DNA of 64,000 nt from Heteronotia binoei (lineage: Eukaryota), in NCBI RefSeq assembly GCF_032191835.1, contig NC_083229.1, forward strand, positions 43,524,001 to 43,588,000. Reading direction: 5' to 3'. Position 1 is the first letter of the stretch; each line of letters opens with the position of its first letter. Positions 61,983-64,000 of the stretch are shown one piece after another. The position numbers and the translations under genes were made by a program. The notes below the pieces were generated by a model. It saw only the letters and a program-made list of their open reading frames with translations. It had not been told where the DNA came from and did not search any database.

Positions 61983-63336
61983 TTCCTTACACTTATTTCC
62001 CTGTTTTCCTTCTCCTTGCACCCTTCATATTCTGACATTTCCCTTTCTTCTCTGAGCCAGTCTATCTTTTTTCTATCCCCTCATCTTCAATTATATTTAT
62101 TCACTCAATTTATATCCCACCCTCCTTCTCAATGGGGACCCAAAGCAGCTTAGTCGCTTTTCTGATCCTCCATTTTATACTCACTCCAATCCTGTGATTG
62201 GTATATTAGACTGACTGGCCCAAGATCACCCAGTGAGCTTCTGTGGAAGACCAGAGATCTGATCTTAGTTCTCTAGTATCCTAGTATGAAACTCTAGCCA
62301 ATACACAACACTGGCCTTTGTGGGGTGGGTGCTGTTGCATAGGCTTGGGTGAGTAATGTAAGTTGGGTGGTTGCAAGTCACATAGTGTCTGCTGTTGAAC
62401 TTGACCCAATAAGCCATTCCCTCAAAGCCAAACTAGCTCTGGAAAGGGCCCTGCCCTTCCCTGTGCCTTATACTGACACAACGAAGGCTTAAACTGGCAG
62501 TACTGTTAGAGATGCTAGAAAGGGCCACTAAGTACATTTTTTTTGTTAAACCTGCACATGTGCTTATATTATTTGGAGGGACTCCCCCCACCACCATGTG
62601 TGTGTTTTAGATTTTTTTGCAAACCTGGAGACTTGTCTCGCCTTGTAGAAAGGTCTCTCTTGTTTGTTCCTGCCTCCAGTCTCTAGATTTAAGTGTTCAC
62701 AGATTGACCACATTGAGAATTATTTATGTATTGATGATGATTATGTATTACCGCAATAAATGTAAAGGGTATAATAAAATTTTTCAAAAATTAATGCCCA
62801 TATTTACCCATTTATCTCATAGCCCCAAATAAAGTGTAGTTTCACTGGGGATTTTTATTGGTGCATTCTTTAAGAGCACCTTATACAGAACTAGACACTT
62901 TGGATTTTCTTTCATAGTTCAGGATACCGTATTTGTTTCTCTATCATAGAAAAGCAAGTTTCTAGAGTGCAGAGTGACTAAGTTGCCTAGATAGCAACAG
63001 TTTCTGAGCCAAAGTAGACAATATTATGTCCCTGAATCCACAACTTGGCTCTTGTGGGAGCATGTGTGGGAGTGGAGGCAGGAGCTCATCAATCCCCTCC
63101 CCCCACACCACAGTTGGGGAGTTGGAATGCAGAATCATATAGTTTGGCCCTCATAAGGCAGGACTGCCTCTGAGCAGCCCCAATGAATTTGTGCACTAAT
63201 GTGTTGTGTATTGATCCAATGCTCCATAGCAATTATTTTTCATTTTTGGTATGAATCTTAATTTATATAAAACATCTGAAGTCTTAAAATCAAAGTCTTA
63301 ATTAATCTTGCTTTTCTTGTTCTTCTTTTTATATAG

Positions 63337-63480
63337 GTCGGTACACAAGATTTTGCCAGAAATTTTCATGCCACATATGTTTCTTGGGCTATTGCTTATC
63401 TCTTAGGATTGGTCTGCCTAATTCGAGCTTGTTATTGGGGAGCCATAAAAGTCAGTTATCCAGAACACAGTTTTGCATAG
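63337..63480 (+). CDS. PIP4P2: PIP4P2 coding exon 7 (second TM helix, stop)
   Basis: VGTQDFARNFHATYVSWAIAYLLGLVCLIRACYWGAIKVSYPEHSFA*. The exons sum to 774 nt = 257 aa plus stop, with consistent phases. Confidence 0.97.
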   Translation, partial: VGTQDFARNFHATYVSWAIAYLLGLVCLIRACYWGAIKVSYPEHSFA

Positions 63481-64000
63481 TCTCCTTAATGGTAGGTTAT
63501 AGAAAGTGGGAATCTCTAGAATTCTGATAATATGAGCAGAATAATTTAAACTTTTCCTTTAATGTTTCCATTCTGTTACAAGTAGTTTTTAAGACTGGGC
63601 ATCCTTTAATAACAAATGTTAATTGCACTACATTATATGCAAATCATTTGTTTTGCTGCTAGATTCCCAAGCTCTGAATACTAAAGCTTTGTTTACACAA
63701 TCATACATCTGTCTTAAAAGTACTGCTATATTGAATTCCATCCTACAGTATTCTTTTTCTGTATAAAACATTGGTCTGTGCCATTTGGGTATGTGTATGC
63801 AGAAGCAAGAAGTGTTTATAGGCGTTTCTACAACTGCTTCACATTTGTAAGTACACTTTAAAAACAATCAAAGTGGCTTGCTTTAAACTTTAAGCAATAA
63901 GCATTTTGCTTGGACTGCTTACTGTAACTTTTGCCTAAGATCAGAGTGGCTACTGAATGTACATCATTTTTGGAGAGTGGAGCTTTTGTTAGAGAGACAC

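Overview
Vertebrate genomic DNA, most likely a gecko or related squamate (inferred from Sauria/Squam-type SINEs and abundant hAT MITEs). The right 38 kb hold one complete host gene, PIP4P2 (TMEM55A): 7 coding exons, 25795-63480, + strand, 257 aa, with repeat-rich introns. The left 25 kb are almost entirely mobile DNA: a decayed DIRS retroelement, two hAT non-autonomous elements with 8-bp TSDs, and SINEs. The main element is a 12.6-kb Maverick/Polinton (9145-21730) with about 1.5-kb terminal inverted repeats (TIRs) starting AGGAGG and a near-perfect 6-bp TSD. It keeps decayed pPolB, integrase-chromodomain and penton genes. An internal deletion removed the capsid, ATPase and protease genes, and a Ty1/copia element is nested inside. 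Two features stand out. The Maverick carries a host SINE copied into both TIRs. It also carries an unrecognised intron-containing gene just inside the left TIR, with a possible counterpart inside the right TIR, a layout reminiscent of adenoviral end-proximal early genes. All alignments were done by eye and no database searches were run.
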